This document shows positions 17,347 through 25,273 of a stretch of DNA of 64,000 nucleotides, piece after piece (the stretch's first letter is position 1; each line of letters opens with the position of its first letter). The notes beneath the pieces were generated by a model. The model saw nothing but the letters and a program-made list of their open reading frames with translations, made no database searches and had not been told where the DNA came from. Position numbers and translations under genes: made by a program. This stretch comes from an uncultured Candidatus Saccharibacteria bacterium. GTDB lineage: Bacteria; Patescibacteriota; Minisyncoccia; Minisyncoccales; GWA2-38-27. The stretch is taken from NCBI GenBank assembly GCA_964609075.1, contig CAZSQP010000002.1, forward strand, positions 72,235-136,234, written 5' to 3'.

Positions 17347-18726
17347 TTATTTTTTATCTGCAATGTTTTTCTTTATAACTGGTCCTTCTTTTGTGTCTTC
17401 TATGCTATATCCTTTCTTATTTATTTCTCTTCTTGTTTTATCAGCTTTTTTCCATCTATTTTCTTTTCTTTGTTTTTCTCTCTTTTTGACTAATTCTTTT
17501 ACTTCTTTTGGTATTTTAACGGGCTTTATTTCTTTTAAATTAAAGCCGAATATCTTATCAAACTCTAAAAGAGTTTCCTTTTTATTTTTAGCTTTTTTGT
17601 CTTTTATTAAATTCCACATCAGAGCCAAAGCCTTGGGAGCGTTTAAATCATCTGAGATAAACTGATTGAATTTCTTTTGGTATCCTTTGTTTATCTTAGA
17701 ACCACCTTTCATTTCAGAAAACTTTTGATAGAGATTTTCTAAGGCGTTTTGAGCTCCTTTTAGTGTTTCCCAACTAAAGGTAAGCTTTTTCCTGTAATGA
17801 GTTCCTAAACATAAATAGCGATAGGCTAAAGGATAGATTCCTTTTTCTGTTAAGTCGTTTAATGTAATAATATTTCCTTCTGATTTTCCCATTCTTCCTT
17901 CTTTTAGAGTAAGGAATTCTCCATGAAGCCAGTAATTAGCAAGATTCTTGTTGTATAAAGCTTCTGCCTGGGCTATTTCATTAGTGTGGTGGATAGGAAT
18001 GTGGTCTATTCCTCCACAGTGAATGTCAAAAGGTATTCCCAAGTGTTTTATTGCCATAACAACGCATTCTGTGTGCCAACCAGGAAAGCCTTTTCCCCAG
18101 GGAGAATCCCATTCCATCTGCCTTTTTACTTTTTTAGGAGTTAATTTCCAAAGAGCAAAGTCTGTAGGATTATTTTTTCCTTTTACTTTAGCTACTCTTG
18201 CTCCTTCTTTTAGGTTTCTTTTTTTACTTCCGGTTAGTTTTCCGTAGTCTTTTATTTTTGAAGTGTCAAAATATACCCCATCTTCTATTTTGTAAGTATA
18301 TCCTTTCTTTTCTAATTCTTTTATCAGTTCTATCTGTTCTTTTATAGTTTCTGTTGCTTTGGGGAGAATATCTGCCTTTTTAATATTCAACCTTTTAATA
18401 TCTTCTTTAAAAGCTTTAGTATAGAAATCAGCTATTTGTTGAGCTGTCTTTTTTTCTCTTTTAGCTCCTTTTTCCATCTTATCTTCTCCTGTGTCAGAAT
18501 CTGAAGTAAGGTGTCCTACGTCCGTAATATTCATTACATGTTTTACTTTGTAATTGTTGTATTCTAAAGTCCTTTTAAGAATATCCTCAAAAATGTAAGT
18601 TCTTAAGTTTCCTATATGGGCGTACCAATAAACAGTAGGACCGCAGGTGTATAATCTTACCTGTTTCTTTTTTATGGGTTTAAAGTTTTCCTTTTTTCTG
18701 GTTAGGGTATTGTAGAGCTTTATCAT
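17347..18726 (-). CDS. cysS: cysteine--tRNA ligase
   Basis: Class I signatures [15 protein letters not shown] (HIGH-type) and GRMGKSEGN (KMSKS-type), plus the CysRS zinc ligand region HTECVVM. Confidence 0.92.
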   Translation of the reverse strand: MIKLYNTLTRKKENFKPIKKKQVRLYTCGPTVYWYAHIGNLRTYIFEDILKRTLEYNNYKVKHVMNITDVGHLTSDSDTGEDKMEKGAKREKKTAQQIADFYTKAFKEDIKRLNIKKADILPKATETIKEQIELIKELEKKGYTYKIEDGVYFDTSKIKDYGKLTGSKKRNLKEGARVAKVKGKNNPTDFALWKLTPKKVKRQMEWDSPWGKGFPGWHTECVVMAIKHLGIPFDIHCGGIDHIPIHHTNEIAQAEALYNKNLANYWLHGEFLTLKEGRMGKSEGNIITLNDLTEKGIYPLAYRYLCLGTHYRKKLTFSWETLKGAQNALENLYQKFSEMKGGSKINKGYQKKFNQFISDDLNAPKALALMWNLIKDKKAKNKKETLLEFDKIFGFNLKEIKPVKIPKEVKELVKKREKQRKENRWKKADKTRREINKKGYSIEDTKEGPVIKKNIADKK

Positions 18727-18878
18727 AATAGTTTATTCTAGCAGAATTGGTTTGAAATATCTATTTTTCAGTTGACACAATATAATTAATATGATAAAAG
18801 GTAATCAGCAAGACAGGGAACGGTTCCTTGTCGTTTAAAACTGGAATATGGCGAAAACCTGAGAAAGGAGAAAACGCC

Positions 18879-19511
18879 ATGTCCGAAGGAAAAGGTTATC
18901 ACAACCAGACAGCGAAGTTTCTGGCAGTTGTAGGGGAGAATATGCCTTCGATGTCAAGGGAGGTAATGCAGAAATGGATTGATAATCCACTTCTGCTCCA
19001 AAGTGCCCTGAGCTTTTTAGCAAATCCTCCTAAAGAAGTCTTTTCTGTTTGGAAAAGAATCAAGCTGGGCACTGGCCTCAAAACCAAAGAGGACTTTCTC
19101 AGTGCCTTCGAACTAGGAGGCTACCGGGTCAGCAATTGGGCAAAGAACATTCTTTCCCAGCCTGCTTTCAAGGCAGCTGATAAAGAAATCGAGATTGACC
19201 TGGTTATAGCAACAATAAAAGACCTCGGTTTCCAAGAATCGACTCCCAGAAGTCGGATCTACAAGAGAGCCCAAGAAATAGGCCTGGAACTCTGTCCTGC
19301 TGAGGTAGGCCCTCAGCTCAGGATCCAGTATCCAGACCAGACCAAAGGAGAATGGCTCCTAGTAGCAATGGAGCCTATTACCGATTCTGACGGAGATCTG
19401 AGCGTGTTCGAGGTCAAGCACGGTTTCGGCGGCCGGTGGCTCGGCGGTAACGGCGGCGACCCTGACTGTGTCTGGAGTCCCGGGAATCGCTGGGTGTTCT
19501 GCCGCAAGTAG
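18879..19511 (+). CDS. hypothetical protein (G+C-rich cassette)
   Basis: 211 aa counted from ATG 18879, with SD aaaggag 7 nt upstream (the ORF-track start is 18828). The C-terminus is Gly/Trp-rich (GGRWLGGNGGDPDCVWSPGNRWVFCRK). I recognise no family. Confidence 0.6.
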   Translation: MSEGKGYHNQTAKFLAVVGENMPSMSREVMQKWIDNPLLLQSALSFLANPPKEVFSVWKRIKLGTGLKTKEDFLSAFELGGYRVSNWAKNILSQPAFKAADKEIEIDLVIATIKDLGFQESTPRSRIYKRAQEIGLELCPAEVGPQLRIQYPDQTKGEWLLVAMEPITDSDGDLSVFEVKHGFGGRWLGGNGGDPDCVWSPGNRWVFCRK

Positions 19512-19517
19512 CAAAGT

Positions 19518-19569
19518 CCTTGGACTCTTGGATCCTTAGCTCTTGCTTTGGACCCCTGGACCCTTGGAC
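19518..19569 (+). repeat. tandem array of a degenerate 8-nt unit YCYTGGAC in the 3' UTR
   Basis: ccttggac tcttggat ccttagct (cttg) ctttggac ccctggac ccttggac. It starts 7 nt after the stop codon and ends at the terminator. Confidence 0.8.
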
Positions 19570-19571
19570 AA

Positions 19572-19603
19572 AACCCTTTGTCGTTTACGGCAAGGGGTTT
19601 TTT
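19572..19603 (+). terminator. rho-independent terminator
   Basis: aaccctttgtcg ttta cggcaaggggtt forms a stem followed by ttttta. Confidence 0.75.
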
Positions 19604-19665
19604 ATCTTGATTAAAGTTTTTTAAAAAGTTAAGATAGAGTAATAATAAGTTAAACTATTTTAAAA

Positions 19666-20319
19666 ATGAAAAAGACAGATTATATCTTTCCTTTAGTTAT
19701 AGGCGAAGCAATAGCTTTAATATTTTTAGCGGTATCCAGGTTGGGGATAGCTAGAGCCTTAAGTTTGCCTGAAGCCGTAGATCAGTTTGCTCTATACCTA
19801 CCTCTTATCCTTCCTATACTTTCTTTAATAGGAACTATTATAGCTTACGGGGTAGGGAAGGTTTTTCCTATTTTGTTTCAGTTAGCAAAGTTTGTTTTAG
19901 TAGGAGCTTTAAACACTTTTGTTGATTTGGGAGTCTTGAATATATTAATGCTTGTTTTCGGGATATCTGCCGGCTGGCTTTATTCTTTATTTAAAGCTTT
20001 ATCTTTTTCAGCTTCTGTAGTAAATTCTTATTTTTGGAATAAGTTTTGGACTTACGAGCACAAAGAAACCAAAGTAGGAGGAAAGGAGTTTGGAAAGTTC
20101 TATTTAGTAGCCGGAATAGGTTTTCTTTTGAATGTGGGAGTGGCTTCTTTTGTGGTTAACGTTATAGGGCCTCAGTTCGGGGTTTCTCCTGAATTATGGG
20201 CTAATATAGGGGCTTTTGTGGCCATTATAACTGTCTTTATGTGGAACTTCTTGGGATACAAGTTTATAGTCTTTAAAAAGAAAGACAAAGAGGTTCCTAT
20301 TACTCCTCCTGTGGAATAA
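19666..20319 (+). CDS. GtrA-family membrane protein with an N-terminal extension
   Basis: FVLVGALNTFVDLGVLNILM, VVNSYFWNKFWTYE and MWNFLGYKFIVFKK are typical GtrA-like segments. Confidence 0.75.
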   Translation: MKKTDYIFPLVIGEAIALIFLAVSRLGIARALSLPEAVDQFALYLPLILPILSLIGTIIAYGVGKVFPILFQLAKFVLVGALNTFVDLGVLNILMLVFGISAGWLYSLFKALSFSASVVNSYFWNKFWTYEHKETKVGGKEFGKFYLVAGIGFLLNVGVASFVVNVIGPQFGVSPELWANIGAFVAIITVFMWNFLGYKFIVFKKKDKEVPITPPVE

Positions 20320-20320
20320 T

Positions 20321-21433
20321 ATGTCTAATTTGGTACTTTATCGAAAATACAGACCTCAGACCTTTTCTGAGATAGTAGGGCAAGAGCACGTTGTCAAGAC
20401 TTTAAAAAACGCTATAGCCTCAGATACGATTTCCCATGCTTATCTTTTTTCAGGCCCCAGGGGTTCTGGAAAGACAACTATTGCCAGGTTGTTAGCTAAG
20501 GCTGTAAATTGCCACGACAGAAAAAAAGGGGAGTCAGAGCCCTGTAATGAATGTTCTTCCTGTCAAGAGGTAAGAGAAGGAAGATCTTTGGATATTATTG
20601 AGATTGATGCTGCTTCTCAGGGAGGAATAGAAGGAATAAGAGAGCTGAGGGAAGGAATCAAGTTTTCTCCCAATAAAGAAAAATATAAAGTCTTTATTAT
20701 AGACGAATCCCACCAGCTGACCAAAGACGCAGCTAACGCTTTATTAAAAACCCTTGAGGAGCCTCCTCCTCACGCTATTTTTATTTTAGCTACAACAGAG
20801 ATTCACAAAATGATACCTACTATTATTTCAAGATCTCAAAGGTTTGATTTTAGAAAGCTTACTCTTGATGAGATTGTAAAAAGGCTTAAACATATCTCAA
20901 AAGAAGAAAAAGCTGATGTTGACGATTCTGTCTTAAGGCTTATAGCCCTAAACTCCGGAGGTTCCATCAGGGACGCAGAAAGCCTTCTTGACCAGGTTTT
21001 AGCCTTTAGAGGAGTTTTGAAAAAAGAAGCTACGGTAAAAGAAGTTCAAGATCTTTTAGGGATAGCAGACAACGCTGTCTTGGCTAAATTTGTTTCTTTT
21101 CTTTCTGAGAAAAAAGGGAAAGAGGCCATTAACTTTCTCCAGGAGGTTTTTGACAAAGGGTATGATCCCCAGCAGTTCTCCAAAGCTTTAATAGATTATT
21201 TAAGAAAGATACTTATCTTTAAGATTGATCCTGACTCCCTGGATTCTTTAATTGTAGGGCTTACCAAAGAAGAACAAGGGACACTCAAAGAGCTTTCAGG
21301 AAAGCTTGAAGGAAAGGATCTTAATAAATTGCTGGAATTATTTTTAGAAGCTGAAAACAAGATGAAATACGCTTCCATACCCCAGCTTCCTTTAGAGCTG
21401 GCTATAGTTGAGATAACCAAAAAAGAGGAATAG
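20321..21433 (+). CDS. dnaX: DNA polymerase III subunit gamma/tau (short form)
   Basis: YRPQTFSEIVGQEH, GPRGSGKTT, zinc module CNECSSCQE, Walker B VFIIDESHQLT, and SRSQRF. Confidence 0.9.
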   Translation: MSNLVLYRKYRPQTFSEIVGQEHVVKTLKNAIASDTISHAYLFSGPRGSGKTTIARLLAKAVNCHDRKKGESEPCNECSSCQEVREGRSLDIIEIDAASQGGIEGIRELREGIKFSPNKEKYKVFIIDESHQLTKDAANALLKTLEEPPPHAIFILATTEIHKMIPTIISRSQRFDFRKLTLDEIVKRLKHISKEEKADVDDSVLRLIALNSGGSIRDAESLLDQVLAFRGVLKKEATVKEVQDLLGIADNAVLAKFVSFLSEKKGKEAINFLQEVFDKGYDPQQFSKALIDYLRKILIFKIDPDSLDSLIVGLTKEEQGTLKELSGKLEGKDLNKLLELFLEAENKMKYASIPQLPLELAIVEITKKEE

Positions 21434-21436
21434 ATA

Positions 21437-21487
21437 TTGAAATTTTTGAACCAAGGCATTATAATGGAGAAATAAGAACCTTGGTTC
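21437..21487 (+). promoter_or_regulatory. sigma70-type promoter embraced by a 9-bp perfect inverted repeat (candidate operator)
   Basis: TTGAAA (21437-21442), 17 nt, TATAAT (21460-21465). GAACCAAGG (21448-21456) and CCTTGGTTC (21479-21487) flank the -10 element and end 1 nt before the ATG. Confidence 0.6.
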
Positions 21488-21488
21488 T

Positions 21489-22166
21489 ATGGCAAAGATA
21501 AAAGAAAAAGAAAAAGCAATAAAATTAAGGAGAAAAGGGCTTTCTTACAGAGAAATTTTAGAAGAAATTTCTGTATCTAAGTCGACGCTATCTTTATGGT
21601 TAAGAAGTGTTGGCTTAAGCAAAAAACAAAAGCAAAGATTAACGGAAAAGAAATTAGCAGCAGCAAAAAGAGGATGGGAAGCTTGCCGACAAAAAAGAAT
21701 TTTAATTACTAAGCAAATTAAAAATAAAGCTCGAGGAGAGATCGGAAAAATTAATAAAAAAGAGCTATGGTTAATAGGGGTTGCCCTTTATTGGGCTGAA
21801 GGAGATAAGGAGAGGAACGGAAGTTGCTTAGTAGGTTTAGGTAATTCAGACCCTTATTTAATACAGGTATTTTTAAAATGGCTTAGAGAAATATGCGAAA
21901 TTTCTGATGACGATATTTTTTTTAGAATATTCCTCCACGACAATAATAAAAGAAGACTAAAAGAAGTAAAAAAATATTGGTCACAAATTACGGGCTTTCC
22001 AATTACTGAATTTGATAGAATAACTTGGAAGAAGAATAAAATCAAAACTAAAAGAAAGAATATTGGTAAAAATTACTACGGATTGTTAAAGGTGTTTGTA
22101 AGAAAAAGCAGTAACTTTAATCGGAGGATTGAAGGATGGAAAGAAGGTATTTATAATGCCGGGTAG
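21489..22166 (+). CDS. HTH + LAGLIDADG-like (homing-endonuclease-type) protein
   Basis: N-terminal resolvase-type HTH (KGLSYREILEEISVSKSTLSLWLR), then LWLIGVALYWAEGDK and YLIQVFLKWL resembling a LAGLIDADG core. The last 10 nt overlap tRNA-Gln. Confidence 0.5.
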   Translation: MAKIKEKEKAIKLRRKGLSYREILEEISVSKSTLSLWLRSVGLSKKQKQRLTEKKLAAAKRGWEACRQKRILITKQIKNKARGEIGKINKKELWLIGVALYWAEGDKERNGSCLVGLGNSDPYLIQVFLKWLREICEISDDDIFFRIFLHDNNKRRLKEVKKYWSQITGFPITEFDRITWKKNKIKTKRKNIGKNYYGLLKVFVRKSSNFNRRIEGWKEGIYNAG

Positions 22167-22230
22167 TGTAATGGTAACACCCTAGATTTTGGCTCTAGTG
22201 ATCCTGGTTCGAGTCCAGGCCCGGCAGCCA
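22157..22230 (+). tRNA. tRNA-Gln (anticodon TTG), CCA encoded
   Basis: Hand-folded: acceptor TGCCGGG/CCCGGCA (U1-A72, typical of bacterial tRNA-Gln), D arm GTGT..ACAC, anticodon arm CTAGA-TTTTGGC-TCTAG, T arm CCTGG-TTCGAGT-CCAGG, discriminator G, CCA. Confidence 0.9.
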
Positions 22231-23865
22231 TCGTGCACGAATAGAGGCAATAGCCTCTATTTTTGCTTTATTTTGGGGCATTTTGGCTGGTTCTAACCCT
22301 ATGTATTCTTTTTCAAGAGCAGGATAGCCATTTCCTACCTCTGCAAACCACTCATTCGGTTCAATAGAGAGCTTTCCGTCTTTTATTATTGGCACTTTCC
22401 CTAATGCCATTGAAATTTCTTTCTTTAGTTCTAACCCACCCATCAAAAAGGCTTTTCTGGCGTAGGTGGCGAAGTTAAAGGTTCTTTCCGTTAGTTCCAG
22501 CCATCTTTCGGCTCGTGCTTCGGTTTCTCGCAGTTTTCCTTTCAACTGGCTAATTTTGGCTTGAAGGTCGTTTTTCTCTTTGATAAAAGTTTCGTCATCA
22601 ATCAACTGGCGGTATCTCATCTTGGTAAGTTCATCAAGTTCTTTTTGAGTTTCTACCAAAGTTTTGTGTTGCATTTCATAAACTTTAGTCCTGTCTTCAA
22701 TCTCTGTATCATTTTTCTTGTTTAGCCCTTCTAAAGCCCAGTTTAGAAATTCGGGGAGAATTGTGTATTTTTCAAGCTCTTTTTCAACCTGTAATTCCAG
22801 ATTGTCTTCTCTGACTACTTTTCTTTGCGTGCAATTTACTCGTCTTGTCCTTCTGGTGCAGTGATAATAGGTATATTCTTTAATTTCTTTCGTGCTTTTG
22901 ATAAGTTTCTTTTTTGTTTCGGCGGTATAAAGACAGCCGCACTCACCACACCTGATAAATCCAGTAAAAGCAAATTTGTGCGTTTTGGGTCTCGGTCTCC
23001 CTTTTCTGCCGAGAATTGTTTGCACTCGGTCATATTCCTCAAGAGTAATCATCGGCTCGTGCTTGCCTTCGTATTGCGTGCCGTAGTATTCAATAATCCC
23101 AGCATAAAAAACATTAGTGAAAATCTTGTAAATTCCGCTTCGGGATAGGGGCTTATCGCCATATCCCTTTTTCCTGAATTTTCTTGTTTTGAAACCCCAC
23201 TCATTATTGGCAATATCTAAAATCTTGGGCGGGGTGTAGTTGCCCGTAAGCATTAAATCCCACATTTTGCGGATAAGATTAAACCGCTCTGGGTCTTTGA
23301 TGATTGTTTTCTCTGCTTTGTCGTTTAGATAGCCGAGCGGGGCAAGATTGGGTTTCCATCCTTTTTGCAGTTTGCTTTCCGTGCCTCTTTTGACATTTTT
23401 TCTTAAATCCAAAATATACTGGTTAGCCATTCCGCTTTCAACATTAAAAAGTAGAACATTATCATCGGGAAGATACTGGCGGTCTATGGTTTGGATTGAC
23501 TTGAGTATTCCTTGCTGTAATAGCCAGCTTAACTTGCCGCTATCAATGGGGTTTCGGGTTAGTCGGTTTATTTGCCAGCATAAAATTCCGTCAGCCTCGC
23601 CGTCTTCAATCCGTTTTATCATTTCATCAAACAAAGGACGATTGTTTGGTTTCTTGGCTGTCTTTGCCTCTGTATAGGTTTTTTTAATATCCAAATTCAA
23701 ATCAGTGGCAAGCTGTTTTAGGCGATTGACTTGGTCGTCAATGGATTGCACTTGTCGGTCTTCGCTTTCCGATGATTTTCTGGCGTAAAGGAAGTATTTA
23801 ATTTTATTTACTTCTTGTCTCATATAACTCAAAGGGGCGGTCTGGTAGCCCAGTTGCTTTTCCAC
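22195..23865 (-). CDS. large serine recombinase (integrase)
   Basis: Resolvase-type N-terminus YARKSSESEDRQVQSIDDQ ... GILCWQINRLTRN, a recombinase domain, a zinc ribbon (CGECGCLYTAE...YYHC) and a coiled-coil. The ORF-track start is GTG; ATG 23823 (MRQEVNKIKYFLYARKSS) is an alternative. The last 11 codons are antisense tRNA-Gln sequence. Confidence 0.85.
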   Translation of the reverse strand: MEKQLGYQTAPLSYMRQEVNKIKYFLYARKSSESEDRQVQSIDDQVNRLKQLATDLNLDIKKTYTEAKTAKKPNNRPLFDEMIKRIEDGEADGILCWQINRLTRNPIDSGKLSWLLQQGILKSIQTIDRQYLPDDNVLLFNVESGMANQYILDLRKNVKRGTESKLQKGWKPNLAPLGYLNDKAEKTIIKDPERFNLIRKMWDLMLTGNYTPPKILDIANNEWGFKTRKFRKKGYGDKPLSRSGIYKIFTNVFYAGIIEYYGTQYEGKHEPMITLEEYDRVQTILGRKGRPRPKTHKFAFTGFIRCGECGCLYTAETKKKLIKSTKEIKEYTYYHCTRRTRRVNCTQRKVVREDNLELQVEKELEKYTILPEFLNWALEGLNKKNDTEIEDRTKVYEMQHKTLVETQKELDELTKMRYRQLIDDETFIKEKNDLQAKISQLKGKLRETEARAERWLELTERTFNFATYARKAFLMGGLELKKEISMALGKVPIIKDGKLSIEPNEWFAEVGNGYPALEKEYIGLEPAKMPQNKAKIEAIASIRARWLPGLDSNQDH

Positions 23866-23953
23866 GAGGGATTGGCTTCTGGCAAACCGCCCCTTAAAGG
23901 ACAGAAGCCGATAAAAAACTCGTGGATTTGTTGCAACTTTGGGCTACATCTAC

Positions 23954-23981
23954 ATTATAACGCTGTCTAAATTTTAAGCAA
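23954..23981 (-). promoter_or_regulatory. sigma70-type promoter for the recombinase gene
   Basis: The minus strand reads TTGCTT (23981-23976), 16 nt, TATAAT (23959-23954). Confidence 0.55.
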
Positions 23982-23998
23982 GCTCAATAAGGGGACAA

Positions 23999-24592
23999 CT
24001 ATTTTCCTAACATCATAACCATTTTTACCAAATCGTTATTTAATTTTTCATTCATTCTAATGACCCGTCTGTATTTTCTGGTCATTCTCCCATTATAGTA
24101 TTTTCTTTTTACTTCTTGTTCTGCTTTTTCTATGTCTGGGTAAGAAACTGAACAGCCTCTGAATTTACCACCTCTCAACTGGTCGGTGTAGCAAATATCG
24201 CCGCAGTGTCGGCAACCGAACCATTTGCCAATGCTGTAAATTACGCCAACCCGCCTGCCGCAGTATTGCCCATTCTTGGACAAAGGACATATAAACCAGT
24301 ATCTAACACCGCCGTAATTACAGGGAGTAGTCGTGAGGCTGACCTTATAATCCAAACTTTCTTTTTTACCGCTCCATTTGTCAGTGTGCGTGTATTGCAA
24401 TCTGATGTAATCGCCTTCGTCTCCGCCTATATTTACATTAAAGCCAATACTGCTTTCGTTGCCGCTTAATCCGTAAGTCCACTTGATACCGCCATATCTC
24501 CAACCACTCTCAAGATAGCCGTGCTTTTTGAGCCAAAAAATACTTAATCTATTGCTCCATTCTGCTTCTTGTTTTGCCATAATTTTTTTCAA
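23999..24592 (-). CDS. hypothetical Cys-rich (zinc-ribbon-like) protein
   Basis: 197 aa with CPLSKNGQYCGRRV...FGCRHCGDICY. The ORF-track start is TTG; ATG 24580 (MAKQEAEW) is an alternative. I cannot name a family. Confidence 0.6.
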   Translation of the reverse strand: MKKIMAKQEAEWSNRLSIFWLKKHGYLESGWRYGGIKWTYGLSGNESSIGFNVNIGGDEGDYIRLQYTHTDKWSGKKESLDYKVSLTTTPCNYGGVRYWFICPLSKNGQYCGRRVGVIYSIGKWFGCRHCGDICYTDQLRGGKFRGCSVSYPDIEKAEQEVKRKYYNGRMTRKYRRVIRMNEKLNNDLVKMVMMLGK

Positions 24593-24736
24593 AAACCCGC
24601 CGAAATCATTAGAGATTGTTAGAGGTTATTTTTGAAGTTGGGGATTAAATTTCCGCTTAAATAAAGGCAAATTTCTTATTTTATTGACCTTGAATAAAAC
24701 TCCATTTAATTCATTATTTTTGCGAAACGAACCCAG

Positions 24737-25273
24737 CTATTCTTTAACCCCAGAAACATCAACATCAATAGCCAGTGGAGCTGGTGGTTTTTCTCCCGCA
24801 CGGGCGGCTTGTATCCGTTGTAATTCGTGAAGGGCTTTATAAATACTTCTTTCAATAGATGTTTCATAGCGGAGTAATTTTTCCATATCATCATTAACAA
24901 TCATCGCTTTAATTTTCTTTTTCTTCTTTTGACTTTCTGGTTCTTCGTCTAAACCAAAACTAATTTCTTTATAATTTTTCCGCCACTCCATTGCGTTCTT
25001 TTCAACCTCTAAAGTCCTTCTAAGACGCCAGAAATTAGCGACAATTCTGTCAGCAAGCAACATTTCAAGCTCTCCTACTGGTTTCATTTCATTTCTTAGT
25101 CGTTTTCCAAGTTCAACAAGGCTCTGTTCGTCCTCTTTTTCCAATAATACCTCTTTACTCAACAGCCCGTGTTTTAAGGCATTGTATTTGCTTATTTCTT
25201 TGCCTTTATCTGTTTTTACCCCGCCGAGTTTGGCATTTTGGCGGTTAGCTTCTATTTGTTGTTGTGTCGTCAT
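24737..25273 (-). CDS. hypothetical protein
   Basis: 178 aa with N-terminal ANRQNAKLGGVKTDKGKEISKYNALKHGLLSK. It overlaps the upstream primase gene by 4 nt, so they form an operon. Confidence 0.6.
   Translation of the reverse strand: MTTQQQIEANRQNAKLGGVKTDKGKEISKYNALKHGLLSKEVLLEKEDEQSLVELGKRLRNEMKPVGELEMLLADRIVANFWRLRRTLEVEKNAMEWRKNYKEISFGLDEEPESQKKKKKIKAMIVNDDMEKLLRYETSIERSIYKALHELQRIQAARAGEKPPAPLAIDVDVSGVKE

Noticed and set aside
18772-18800. A promoter call for the 18879 gene based on TTGACA at 18772-18777
   Set aside because: The nearby -10 candidates (TATAAT at 18782, TATGAT at 18791) lie 4 and 13 nt from the -35 box. No hexamer at a 16-18 nt spacing is convincing, so I did not annotate a promoter.
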